Shown here piece by piece: positions 1 through 8,564 of a stretch of DNA of 32,000 nt; positions within the stretch are counted from its first letter, which is position 1, and each line of letters opens with the position of its first letter. The notes under the pieces were generated by a model. The model was not told the DNA's origin and ran no database searches. It saw nothing but the letters and a program-made list of their open reading frames with translations. A program made the translations under genes and the position numbers. Source of the stretch: Candidatus Omnitrophota bacterium (lineage in GTDB: Bacteria > Omnitrophota > Gorgyraeia > Duberdicusellales > 4484-171); NCBI GenBank assembly GCA_021735045.1, contig JAIPHU010000009.1, positions 1 to 32,000 on the forward strand. The letters run 5' to 3'.

Positions 1-154
1 TTGCAGTTTTTAAGGTTTTAAAATCACCTATTGCTTCAATAATCTTTGCCTTCTCAATAGCCTGGAAGGCATTGGGAGCAATAATTGCAGCCAGGATAGC
101 GATAATAGCTATAACTACAATAAGTTCGATTAAAGTAAAAGATCTTTTAAACAT
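1..154 (-). CDS. Type IV pilin / T2SS pseudopilin-like protein, N-terminal fragment (gene runs off the window start)
   Basis: Not in the ORF track. The reverse complement from the ATG at 152-154 reads [51 protein letters not shown]. This is a prepilin-type leader with FTLIEL (Glu+5), a hydrophobic alpha-1 helix and Ser at -1. A GGGG SD-like run lies just upstream. Confidence 0.85.
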   Translation of the reverse strand, partial: MFKRSFTLIELIVVIAIIAILAAIIAPNAFQAIEKAKIIEAIGDFKTLKTA

Positions 155-182
155 AACTACCCCTTTTTTTTAACCTAAGTAA

Positions 183-191
183 ATTATAACA
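183..191 (-). promoter_or_regulatory. Candidate extended -10 promoter for the pilin gene at 1..154
   Basis: The minus strand reads TGTTATAAT (TGn + perfect TATAAT) about 30 nt upstream of the ATG. No convincing -35 element. Confidence 0.35.
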
Positions 192-229
192 TAAATATTA
201 ATAGATTTATAATGATTTTTGGCCTAAAT

Positions 230-991
230 TTAATCAAGAGGAGATCTAAAATGAAAAATCAACAGTAACAATAAACAAACTACAACTAAATATTTAACTA
301 GATTGAAAATAAAGTGCCAACCAAGATTGGCCTTCTTTAATATCTTAAAATCCTTAAGATACACAACCTCACAAGCACCATTGCCCTTATCAGTTCTTGT
401 TACGCTTGAACTTCTTGCAAAATTATTTTTTTTATTATCAGCAAAATAAGTTACCAAATACCCTTTAAGATAAATTTGATCTCCCTTTGCTACTCTTTTT
501 AGACTTTTTTTAATTTCTGGATCATCTACCAAAATATGATTATTGGACAAATAGCTTAAATCAAACTTTGCCCAATCTTTTTCAGCTGTATCCGAGTTAA
601 CCCCCACCCTACAAGTCCAGCTTCCACTGCTAAATTTCATTCTAGTATAGGCGTTATTTTTAAGATTATCACCCCAGATAACACAAAAATCATTAACATT
701 TAAGTAATCACCCCAATTTTTATGATAAATATCCCACCAAACCCTAGAATCATGCAATGAAACAACTAAACCATACAAAACATAATGATAGAGAGGCTTA
801 ACTACATAATCAACCCCAGAGGCCTCTACCTTAAAATCAGAAAGATTGGTTTTTTCTTGAAAAGGAGATTGATATAACTGAGGTAAAATTTCATCTTTTT
901 TGGGAAGCTTTCTTTTAAAAAAAAATGAAGCAACTAATAAACCGATACTTATATACAAGATTAACCGAATTATGATCTTTACTTTATTCAT
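230..991 (-). CDS. Hypothetical bitopic membrane protein (N- and C-terminal hydrophobic helices, Trp/Cys-containing central domain)
   Basis: Long ORF. I prefer the ATG at 989-991 (MNKVKIIIRLILYISIGLLVASFFF) over the track start at 1024, which is a TTG. A second hydrophobic segment lies at the C-terminus (VVVCLLLLLIF). I recognise no family. Confidence 0.65.
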   Translation of the reverse strand: MNKVKIIIRLILYISIGLLVASFFFKRKLPKKDEILPQLYQSPFQEKTNLSDFKVEASGVDYVVKPLYHYVLYGLVVSLHDSRVWWDIYHKNWGDYLNVNDFCVIWGDNLKNNAYTRMKFSSGSWTCRVGVNSDTAEKDWAKFDLSYLSNNHILVDDPEIKKSLKRVAKGDQIYLKGYLVTYFADNKKNNFARSSSVTRTDKGNGACEVVYLKDFKILKKANLGWHFIFNLVKYLVVVCLLLLLIFHFRSPLD

Positions 992-1068
992 AAAAAATAG
1001 TAACAAATTATCTTTTTCCGGCAAAGATTAACTTTATTCTAAATACCAACCAAAACAAAAAAACCACC

Positions 1069-1884
1069 CTAAAATTTACTTTTTATTTTTGGTTTATTCT
1101 TTAAAGATTTTCGCTCCAAGTAATATTTTTTTCCAAAAGGATCCGAGGGTATTTTATCTAGCAAATCCTTTTTTACTAATTCTTTTAAAGAAATAGGCCA
1201 TTGTTTATACAAATTTTTATAATCTTGTATTTTCTTTTCTAAAAAAATTATATTTTTTAACCAATTTATTTTATTTTCCATTATTCTTTTTACGTTCTTA
1301 TCTTTGACAGTTTTTAACAAAGTCTGAAGATAAACAATACCCTGCTGGTAGTTCTGATTTTTATAATAAAAAAAAGGAAGGTTAGTTTTTATATAGCCCG
1401 GGCTATTAGGCTTATTAGCCGCTTTTTTATAATACTCAATAACTTTAGAATAAATTCTTAACTCTAGATAGTTAAATCCAATCCAATAAGGTATCCTCCA
1501 GCTAGAAGGATTAAGCTCTAAGCCTTTTTTCAAAAGAGAAATACCTTTTAATATATCTTTTTTGTTTTTCGGTACTACTACTGCCCCTAAAAAATAAGCT
1601 TCTTTTATTTTAGGATTTAACTCAATAGAGGTTTCAAACAAACTCATAAGATTATCAGTTTGTTGAGGCCTATTTTCACTAAGTCCTAAAACCCCTTTAA
1701 TAAATAAAAGCTCAGCTACTAAAGGCTGAAATGTACCAGTTGTGATTTTTAGGGTTTTAGCGGGAACTAAAAAATAATTTATTTTTTGCTGAATCGGTGA
1801 CTTTTTTGATAAATAAAAAGAAAGGATTATTGTAAAAATGAAAAAAAGGGAAAATAAAGTAAAAGAAAACTTTCTTGAATACAT
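1069..1884 (-). CDS. Membrane-anchored TPR-repeat protein
   Basis: N-terminal hydrophobic helix (FTLFSLFFIFTIILSFYL). TPR-like 34-residue repeats follow (e.g. AYFLGAVVV...GISLLKKGLELNPSS, YWIGFNYLELRIYSKVIEYYKKAANKPNS). The start abuts the permease stop (TAAATG junction at 1882-1887). Confidence 0.7.
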   Translation of the reverse strand: MYSRKFSFTLFSLFFIFTIILSFYLSKKSPIQQKINYFLVPAKTLKITTGTFQPLVAELLFIKGVLGLSENRPQQTDNLMSLFETSIELNPKIKEAYFLGAVVVPKNKKDILKGISLLKKGLELNPSSWRIPYWIGFNYLELRIYSKVIEYYKKAANKPNSPGYIKTNLPFFYYKNQNYQQGIVYLQTLLKTVKDKNVKRIMENKINWLKNIIFLEKKIQDYKNLYKQWPISLKELVKKDLLDKIPSDPFGKKYYLERKSLKNKPKIKSKF

Positions 1885-2640
1885 TTAATGTTCTTTATAT
1901 GAAAAAATTAAATTGGCTAAGAAAAAACAAAATAGGATATAACAAATAACATAAGATACTATAAATAAAATATTCTCTGTTTTTAAAGATTGACCGTAGA
2001 CCGCTAAATACTTAAAATCCAATTTATCGGCATTAGGAATAATATAATAAACAACTTTAGCCATAACGCCCCCTACAACAATCTTTGTTGTTCCTGCTAC
2101 TTTATAAGCTCCATAAGCAAGTTCAGCACCAATATAAAGAAAAAATAAACAAGAAGCTGATAAAAGAGGGTAGTTAAACACAACTGAAAGTAATAAAGCC
2201 AAGGCACAGAATATAGAAAGTTTTAGAAAAATGCCAAATGGCCCCAAAAGGAAAAAGAAATTAAAGTTTTTTCCTAATATTAAAATAAGACAAAATGAAG
2301 CAATTATTATATAAAAAAAGCAAGTCAAAAGATAACCTGCTAACTTTGCTCCCAAATAGGTTAAGGAAGAAAAATGGGAAAGATATACCTCCTGAAGACG
2401 AGTCTCTTTTTCTTTATAAAAATTAAAAACAAAACCAATAGCTATAAGTAATAGTGCAGTGGCTTCAACTATTGAAAGAGCAGCTATTTTTAAAGCTGTA
2501 TATTTTTCTCCCAAAGATAGTTGGCCTAAAAATAATGAAAATCCTAATAGAAAAATAAACAAGAAACCAATAGCCCAAAAAGTTTTTTCTTTTATAATAA
2601 TTTTAAAATTAAGTATAGTTAAAAAAATAAATTTTCTCAT
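1885..2640 (-). CDS. ABC-2 type transporter permease (multi-pass membrane protein)
   Basis: 251 aa and almost entirely hydrophobic, with about six predicted helices. It lies immediately downstream of an ABC ATPase with a 2-nt gap. Family assignment rests on context and architecture. Confidence 0.7.
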   Translation of the reverse strand: MRKFIFLTILNFKIIIKEKTFWAIGFLFIFLLGFSLFLGQLSLGEKYTALKIAALSIVEATALLLIAIGFVFNFYKEKETRLQEVYLSHFSSLTYLGAKLAGYLLTCFFYIIIASFCLILILGKNFNFFFLLGPFGIFLKLSIFCALALLLSVVFNYPLLSASCLFFLYIGAELAYGAYKVAGTTKIVVGGVMAKVVYYIIPNADKLDFKYLAVYGQSLKTENILFIVSYVICYILFCFFLANLIFSYKEH

Positions 2641-2642
2641 AT

Positions 2643-3338
2643 TTATTCTAACTCTTTTAGGTAAGCCTCTTCTAAAGAAAAGGTGTTATGTTTTTCTAAA
2701 AACTGACTTACTAACCCAGTATATTTGATTTGCCCCTTATCTAATATTGATATTCTTTTACACTTTTTTTCTATATGAAAAAGATCGTGTGAAGCAAAAA
2801 GAATAGTTTTACCCTCATTGTTTAAAGTAGTTAGCAAATCAAGTATCTTAATTTGAGCTTGAGGATCAAGGCCTAAGGTAGGCTCATCTAAAATAATAAA
2901 CTCTGGACTTTTTATTAAAACTTGAGCCAAACCTAATTTTTGAATCATGCCTCGAGAATAGTTTTTTGCTTTTGTATGAAAATCAAGCTCTAATTGAGTT
3001 AAGATATTTTTTATTTTTTCAGATGAAATATCTAAAGACAAACCAAGATATTTTAAAAATTGAAAAGCAGACAATTCGGCTGGAGGAAAAAAGTTCTCAG
3101 GCAGATACCCAAAATATTTATGAATAAATTTTTCTAAAGGCTGGCCTTTAAAAAATATATTTCCTTTATCGGGAACCAACAGATTAACTAAGCATTTAAT
3201 TAAAGTAGTTTTACCTGCCCCATTAGGGCCTAAAACGCCATAGATTTCACTCTTTTTTATTTTAAGATATAAATTTTTTAATACTGTTTTTTTTACAAAA
3301 AATTTTGTAAGACCTTCTACCTCTAAAAATGGACTCAT
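2643..3338 (-). CDS. ABC transporter ATP-binding protein
   Basis: Walker A GPNGAGKTT, signature-like YSRGMIQKLGLA, Walker B FIILDEPTLGLD and H-loop FASHD. Confidence 0.9.
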   Translation of the reverse strand: MSPFLEVEGLTKFFVKKTVLKNLYLKIKKSEIYGVLGPNGAGKTTLIKCLVNLLVPDKGNIFFKGQPLEKFIHKYFGYLPENFFPPAELSAFQFLKYLGLSLDISSEKIKNILTQLELDFHTKAKNYSRGMIQKLGLAQVLIKSPEFIILDEPTLGLDPQAQIKILDLLTTLNNEGKTILFASHDLFHIEKKCKRISILDKGQIKYTGLVSQFLEKHNTFSLEEAYLKELE

Positions 3339-3375
3339 TAATTACTTCTTCTTAAATAGTCATATTTTTAATAAT

Positions 3376-3951
3376 TTAAAGAGCGTCTTCGACAACTACC
3401 CAAATAGTATCATCTCCACTACAGTAGCACCAGTTCGCACCTGAACCACACTGCCGGAATAAACCAGTAGTTAAATCTCCATCATCTACTTTTTCGTCAA
3501 GTTTCTCAGCTGTAGCGTCACTTATATCACAATTATTTCCGGAACCATCATAACAATTATTTTCAAATTCCAGCCAAATCTCCTTTGCAGCTCCACCAGT
3601 ACAGTTAGAAGCCTGCATCACGTAAGTACCTTCCCAGGGAGTTTTACCTTTAAGCTTATCTAGATAGGGGCCATCCCAGCCAGCCATACCTCCGGGATCT
3701 TCAATTAACTCCGTATAGTTATCCATTGCAACATAGTTCTTCGAACCACTATAATGGGCATCTGTGCCCCACTTTCCGGTATCTGCATATAAAGTATAGA
3801 GAGCTGTTTTGTAAGTTTTAAAATCACCAACTGCCTCGGTAATCTTTGCCTTCTCAATAGCTTTAAACGCATTAGGAGCAATAATTGCAGCTAAAATTGC
3901 AATGATCGCAATAACTACAATCAGCTCGATTAAAGTAAAACCTTTCTTCAT
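3376..3951 (-). CDS. Type IV pilin / pseudopilin-like protein (Cys-rich, acidic C-terminal domain)
   Basis: [36 protein letters not shown], with a G|FTLIEL cleavage/methylation motif. GWDGPYL motif and six Cys in the C-terminal half. The true start is the ATG at 3949-3951, preceded by GGAGGCAAA. The track extension to 4014 would read through an intergenic hairpin. Confidence 0.85.
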   Translation of the reverse strand: MKKGFTLIELIVVIAIIAILAAIIAPNAFKAIEKAKITEAVGDFKTYKTALYTLYADTGKWGTDAHYSGSKNYVAMDNYTELIEDPGGMAGWDGPYLDKLKGKTPWEGTYVMQASNCTGGAAKEIWLEFENNCYDGSGNNCDISDATAEKLDEKVDDGDLTTGLFRQCGSGANWCYCSGDDTIWVVVEDAL

Positions 3952-3982
3952 TTTGCCTCCCTCTTGTCTTGCCCTTCTACTT

Positions 3983-4006
3983 AAAGAGGGGGAGCACCCC
4001 CTCTTT
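3983..4006 (-). terminator. Perfect 10-bp GC-rich stem-loop between two pilin genes (attenuator or mRNA-stabilising hairpin; no U-tract)
   Basis: aaagaggggg-agca-ccccctcttt. It sits 31 nt after the stop of the 4037..4549 pilin. A hairpin directly after the major pilin gene is a common way to set pilin stoichiometry. Confidence 0.4.
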
Positions 4007-4036
4007 AGTATCATTAAAACTTTAGGTTAAAGCAAC

Positions 4037-4549
4037 CTAGTCTTCTGAAACTAATATTTGTACATCTGTTGTTGCAGAAGTTCCATATCTAACAGAACCA
4101 TCATCATTATCTTCTTCTCCATCTAAATTTTCATCAATCTTTACAGCTGCTGCTTGAGGAACATCGGAAATTAATACATATCTTTCTTCGTTGGCGTCAT
4201 TATCCCAAGCTACACAATCTCCATCATCAGAATCAGTTACAACACACCAAGCATAATCTCCGCCCCAACTTGCCTTATTCGGCCATTTTTCTAAATAGGG
4301 GCCATCCCAGCCAGTTACATTATTATCATTATTAACAAACCCTGTACCATCATCTTCTTGATCTGGCCATGTTCCTGTATCAGCATAAAATGACATTGCC
4401 CCTGTTTTAAGTGACTTATAATCTCCTACTGATGCTGACACTTTTGCCTTCTCAATAGCTTTAAACGCATTAGGAGCAATAATTGCAGCTAAAATTGCAA
4501 TGATCGCAATAACTACAATCAGCTCGATTAAAGTAAAACCTTTCTTCAT
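4037..4549 (-). CDS. Type IV pilin / pseudopilin-like protein, very acidic C-terminal domain (candidate major subunit)
   Basis: The first 35 aa are identical to the 3376..3951 pilin. GWDGPYLEK motif. Asp-rich loops (DSDDGDC, DGEEDNDDGS) resemble Ca-binding loops of GspG-type pseudopilins. Strong SD AAAGGAGGT. Confidence 0.85.
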   Translation of the reverse strand: MKKGFTLIELIVVIAIIAILAAIIAPNAFKAIEKAKVSASVGDYKSLKTGAMSFYADTGTWPDQEDDGTGFVNNDNNVTGWDGPYLEKWPNKASWGGDYAWCVVTDSDDGDCVAWDNDANEERYVLISDVPQAAAVKIDENLDGEEDNDDGSVRYGTSATTDVQILVSED

Positions 4550-4651
4550 AACTAACCTCCTTTAAGAAACAACACCTTATTTAATTATTTTATATTAAAT
4601 TGCTTTTTAAGCAGAGCCTAAAATAATAATTTTTACTAATAATTTTTGTAA

Positions 4652-5164
4652 TTAATCGGGCTCAACAAAAGCAATATTATATACTGCATTATCTAGATCT
4701 TGGTCTGAACCTTCACAAGTATCTTTACTAAGTTCAACTGAATCAGTTTCTTTACGTCTAAACCCTAAAACAGGTGCAGAAGTATCATTAGTTGCATCAG
4801 AATCACACCAATCAACAGAATGTGACGGATCATAAGCATAATAAAATTGAGACGAACTATTTTTATATAATGGGTCTTTGGGAATTCCACCTCTTATGTA
4901 GGGCTTTAGTACATTTTCAATATTACTTGACCCATCAAATTTTTCTCCAGAACTAGAAACCCCATCATCAGCTTGATTTGGATACCTCCCATTATCATCA
5001 TAAAATGACTCTAGGGCTAAAGCAATAGTATTTATATCTGAAACTCTTTTTGCATCACGGGATTTTTCCATAAAATTTACAGCATTAGGAATAATAACGC
5101 CTAACAAAATAGCTATAACTGCTATTACCACCGAAAGCTCGATTAAAGTAAAACTTTTTTTCAT
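4652..5164 (-). CDS. GspG-like pseudopilin / type IV pilin-like protein
   Basis: MKKSFTLIELSVVIAVIAILLGVIIPN... followed by RDAKRVSDINTIALALESFYDDNGRYP and IPKDPL, typical of GspG-family pseudopilins. The start at 5162-5164 is preferred because the candidate -10 element lies downstream of the track start at 5191. Confidence 0.8.
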   Translation of the reverse strand: MKKSFTLIELSVVIAVIAILLGVIIPNAVNFMEKSRDAKRVSDINTIALALESFYDDNGRYPNQADDGVSSSGEKFDGSSNIENVLKPYIRGGIPKDPLYKNSSSQFYYAYDPSHSVDWCDSDATNDTSAPVLGFRRKETDSVELSKDTCEGSDQDLDNAVYNIAFVEPD

Positions 5165-5181
5165 AAAATAACTCTTCTTTA

Positions 5182-5210
5182 AAAATAGCATAATTACTTT
5201 TACAAGTCAA
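5182..5210 (-). promoter_or_regulatory. Candidate sigma70-type promoter for the pilin gene block
   Basis: The minus strand reads TTGACT-17 nt-TATTTT. It lies in the gap between the ATPase stop and the first pilin ATG. Confidence 0.4.
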
Positions 5211-5240
5211 CAAATTATGCCTTAATAATCTTGGATCAAA

Positions 5241-6908
5241 CTAAACATTAATTTCCTGGGTAACACGAAGAACTTCCTCAACTGTAGTCTCTCCAGCTAA
5301 TAACTTGTTAATTGCTGCTTGCCTTAAAGTCACTAAACCTTCTTGACAAGCAACTTTTCTTATTTGTGAAGAAGAAGCTCTTTTTAAAATTAAATCCTGA
5401 ATAGACTTGCTATTTTGTAATAGTTCATAAATACCAACCCTGCCTTTGTAGCCGGTCCCATTACAATTTTTACAGCCTTGGCCTTTATAAAATTTAGCAT
5501 CTTTATATTCATCTGGGTTTAATTCCAACGACTCTAGTATTTCTTGAGAAGGTTTATACTCTTTTCTACATTTACCACAAACTACTCTTACCAACCTTTG
5601 GGCTAAAACTCCTAAAATTGAACTCGAAACTAAGAATGACTCTATCCCCATATCAATAAGACGTGTAAAGGCAGATGAAGAATCATTGGTATGTAAAGTC
5701 GATAAGACCAAGTGGCCAGTTAAAGCAGCTTGAACAGATATTTGCGCAGTTTCTAGATCCCTTATCTCACCAACCATAATTATATCTGGATCTTGCCTTA
5801 AAAAACTACGTAAAGCACTAGCAAAAGTTAATCCTATAGCAGGTTTCATTTGTACTTGCCGCATACGATGAAATTGAAACTCTACTGGATCTTCAACAGT
5901 CATAACATTTACATCTTCCTTATTTAATATCTGCAGGCCAGAATATAAAGTAGTGGTTTTACCCGAACCAGTTGGCCCGGTAACTAATAAAATTCCGTAA
6001 GGAGAAAGAAGCAGTTTTTTAAATAAGTCCAACTCTCTTTTTTGAAAGCCTAAAGAATCAAGCCCTAAAACTAGACCTGACTTATCTAATATTCTTAATA
6101 CAACATTTTCGCCATAGATCATAGGACAAATTGAAACTCTAAAATCGATCTGTTTTGCTTCAATATTCATTCTAATTCTACCATCTTGGGGAAGACGTTT
6201 TTCAGAAACATCCAGATCAGATAAGATTTTTATTCGCGACGATACCGCAGACTGAATAAATTTAGGCAACACATAACGTTTCCTCAAAATTCCATCTATT
6301 CGATAACGAACATTTACTGTTTTTTCTTCAGGTTCTATATGTATATCTGAAGCTTTATCGTGTACGGCTTTACTGATTAATAAATTTACTAACTTTAAAA
6401 TATTTGCTTCTTGAGAACGATCGCCCTTTTCTAAATCCTCCTGATTAATAGCCGCTATTACATCTTCAACGCTACCAGAAGTTTTATAATAATGCTCAAT
6501 CGCCCATGATATATCAGCCTCTGTAGCTAGCATAGGTTTAATCTTATAACCACTTTTTCTTTGTAGTTGATCTAGGGCAAAAACATCATTAGGGTCGGTC
6601 ATCGCTACTGTTAAAACATCCTCATGTTTAAATAAAGGCATAGCTTTAAATTTTCGTGCTTGGTCCTCGCCTACCAAAGAAAGTATCTCAGATTCAATTA
6701 CATAGTCTGCAATGCTAACCAATTCAGTTTCCATCTGAGAAGCTATTGCTTCATTGATTTGATAAGCTTTTGCCCAACCTCTTTCTACTAAAATTTCCCC
6801 TAATTTTTGATTAACAATTTTCTGTTCAGCAAGAGCTTGCTTTAAGACATGTTCAGTTATAATACCCCGAGATACTAACAGTTCACCTATTTTCTGTTTT
6901 TTTGCCAT
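5241..6908 (-). CDS. GspE/PilB/MshE-family secretion-pilus assembly ATPase
   Basis: Walker A GPTGSGKTT. Asp/His boxes (MVGEIRD, LTGHLVLSTLHTN). Tetracysteine CGKC...CKNCNGTGYKGR. N-terminal T2SSE_N/MshEN-like helices. Confidence 0.92.
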   Translation of the reverse strand: MAKKQKIGELLVSRGIITEHVLKQALAEQKIVNQKLGEILVERGWAKAYQINEAIASQMETELVSIADYVIESEILSLVGEDQARKFKAMPLFKHEDVLTVAMTDPNDVFALDQLQRKSGYKIKPMLATEADISWAIEHYYKTSGSVEDVIAAINQEDLEKGDRSQEANILKLVNLLISKAVHDKASDIHIEPEEKTVNVRYRIDGILRKRYVLPKFIQSAVSSRIKILSDLDVSEKRLPQDGRIRMNIEAKQIDFRVSICPMIYGENVVLRILDKSGLVLGLDSLGFQKRELDLFKKLLLSPYGILLVTGPTGSGKTTTLYSGLQILNKEDVNVMTVEDPVEFQFHRMRQVQMKPAIGLTFASALRSFLRQDPDIIMVGEIRDLETAQISVQAALTGHLVLSTLHTNDSSSAFTRLIDMGIESFLVSSSILGVLAQRLVRVVCGKCRKEYKPSQEILESLELNPDEYKDAKFYKGQGCKNCNGTGYKGRVGIYELLQNSKSIQDLILKRASSSQIRKVACQEGLVTLRQAAINKLLAGETTVEEVLRVTQEINV

Positions 6909-6924
6909 TTTAAAACCTATCTAT

Positions 6925-8553
6925 TTATTCTGTATCACTTTGCAAGACATTCAAAGCCTTGTTTACTTTATCTTGACGATTTTTTACGTTAATCAGCTTT
7001 GGAATAATTTTTAAAAACTTATCCACACTAGCATAACCACCTGTTAATTGTTTAACTTTATAAAACTTTTTATAAGCTTGCTGGTATTGCTTTTGCCTAT
7101 ATAGAGACACTCCCTGTGAATATAGCTTCTCCGCTGTATTTTTTTCCTGAGATTTTACCTCTTTTTTCTTTAGTTCGGTTTTTTTAAGCTCTTCTATTGC
7201 CCTTAAACTTCGAGGAATTTTTACTTTCAAATAATTTTTAGCCTTAGCGTTTCCCGGATCTAAACTAAGGATCTGTTGAAATAGATTTTTGGCTTTTTTA
7301 AACTTTTTATTTTTATAGAGTTTTTGAGCCTCTTGGTGCAAAGCCTTAACCTTTTCTTCTCTATTTATTTCTTTTTCTGCTTTTTTCTCTTCCTCTGCCA
7401 CTTTTACTCTTTCTTCTTTTTGTATCTCTTTAAACTCTTGTGGTTTCCTTATTTTTTCTTGCTGTACTACTTGAGTCAATTTTTCTTTACCCGATAAAAG
7501 CGGTTCGCCAGTACTAATAATTTTAGGAGAAACCATGATTAGAAGTTCTGTTTTTTGCTTTTCTTCTTTTGTACTTTTAAAAAGATTACCTAAAAAAGGA
7601 ATATCGCCTAAAAGCGGAACTTTTGTTATTCCATGAGAAGTTTTCTCTTTAATCAAACCGCCGATAACTACAGTTTGGCCTTCTTTTACTGTTACTTTTG
7701 TCTGAGTTACCCGAATATCTGTTTCAGGCAACTCAGGTGTTCCACTAGCACCTTCAGGAGTAACTTGAGCAATAAAACGAGTGATTTCTTTTACTTCTGG
7801 ATGAATATCTAAAGTAATTGTACGATCAGGATTTATTAAAGGAGTTACCTCTAGGGCTACCCCTTCATCAGCATATTCATATTCATAAGTATAGGTAGTA
7901 TCAGTGCCTGATTCTGTTTCTTGATCTTCCTTTTCTACTTCTGATAAATAAGGAATAGTAGTCCTTACATCTATTTTAGCCCGAAGATTGTTTTTGGTAG
8001 CAATTTTAGGGGCAGAAAGAATATCTGTATCAAGTTGAGTAGTTAAAGCTTTTAAAACAACTTCTATATTATCGTCAAAAATACCAATAGTGAAAGGATC
8101 TTGCTGGGAAGACCCTGAAATCGGTTTATAGTAAGGTTTTCGAAATGGTATTTGTTGATCTAACGAAGAATCTGCCGCTGAACCTAAAGTAGCACTACCA
8201 CCTAAATCTAACCCTCCTTCTTTCCATAATTTCCAGGTAACCCCTAAAGAATGCTCTTTATCTAAAGAAACTTCCACTACCCTTGCTTCGATAAGAATTT
8301 GTTCACTTGGATTATCAGCCATTTTTAAATACTCTTCAATCATAGCAATATTAGGAGAATGATCTATAACCAATATGGAGTTGCTTTCTGTATCAGGTAT
8401 AATTTTACCCGACTCAGAAAGAAGATTAAGAAGAGTCTCAGAAGAAACTTCTCCGGAGCCTTTTGATGAAGGCTGAGCAAAAACAAAAGGCATATTACCT
8501 AAAACAATAAAAACTGAAAGAAAAACTACACCTATTAATTTAACAAATTTCAT
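6925..8553 (-). CDS. Secretin (outer-membrane pore subunit) with C-terminal coiled-coil/TPR extension
   Basis: Signal peptide MKFVKLIGVVFLSVFIVLGNMPFVFAQ. One N-domain (NSILVIDHSPNIAMIEEYL). Secretin core ILIEARVVEV ... VPLLGDIPFLGNLFKS...ELLIMVSPKII. About 190 further aa are K/E-rich with TPR-like repeats. Confidence 0.88.
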   Translation of the reverse strand: MKFVKLIGVVFLSVFIVLGNMPFVFAQPSSKGSGEVSSETLLNLLSESGKIIPDTESNSILVIDHSPNIAMIEEYLKMADNPSEQILIEARVVEVSLDKEHSLGVTWKLWKEGGLDLGGSATLGSAADSSLDQQIPFRKPYYKPISGSSQQDPFTIGIFDDNIEVVLKALTTQLDTDILSAPKIATKNNLRAKIDVRTTIPYLSEVEKEDQETESGTDTTYTYEYEYADEGVALEVTPLINPDRTITLDIHPEVKEITRFIAQVTPEGASGTPELPETDIRVTQTKVTVKEGQTVVIGGLIKEKTSHGITKVPLLGDIPFLGNLFKSTKEEKQKTELLIMVSPKIISTGEPLLSGKEKLTQVVQQEKIRKPQEFKEIQKEERVKVAEEEKKAEKEINREEKVKALHQEAQKLYKNKKFKKAKNLFQQILSLDPGNAKAKNYLKVKIPRSLRAIEELKKTELKKKEVKSQEKNTAEKLYSQGVSLYRQKQYQQAYKKFYKVKQLTGGYASVDKFLKIIPKLINVKNRQDKVNKALNVLQSDTE

Positions 8554-8564
8554 TATTATCCTCC

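Noticed and set aside
3952-4014. N-terminal extensions in the ORF track: 3952..4014 on the pilin, 5165..5191 on the GspG-like gene and 992..1024 on the 264-aa ORF.
   Set aside because: The extensions would place residues before the conserved prepilin leader, read through a perfect hairpin (3983-4006) or lie upstream of the candidate -10 element (5182-5187). The 1024 start is a TTG. The internal ATGs have better context.
4550-4651. A sigma54 (-24 GG / -12 GC) promoter upstream of the acidic pilin gene, as is common for pilA genes.
   Set aside because: No GG-N10-GC arrangement was found by eye. Only weak AT-rich -10-like hexamers are present, so no promoter call is made here.
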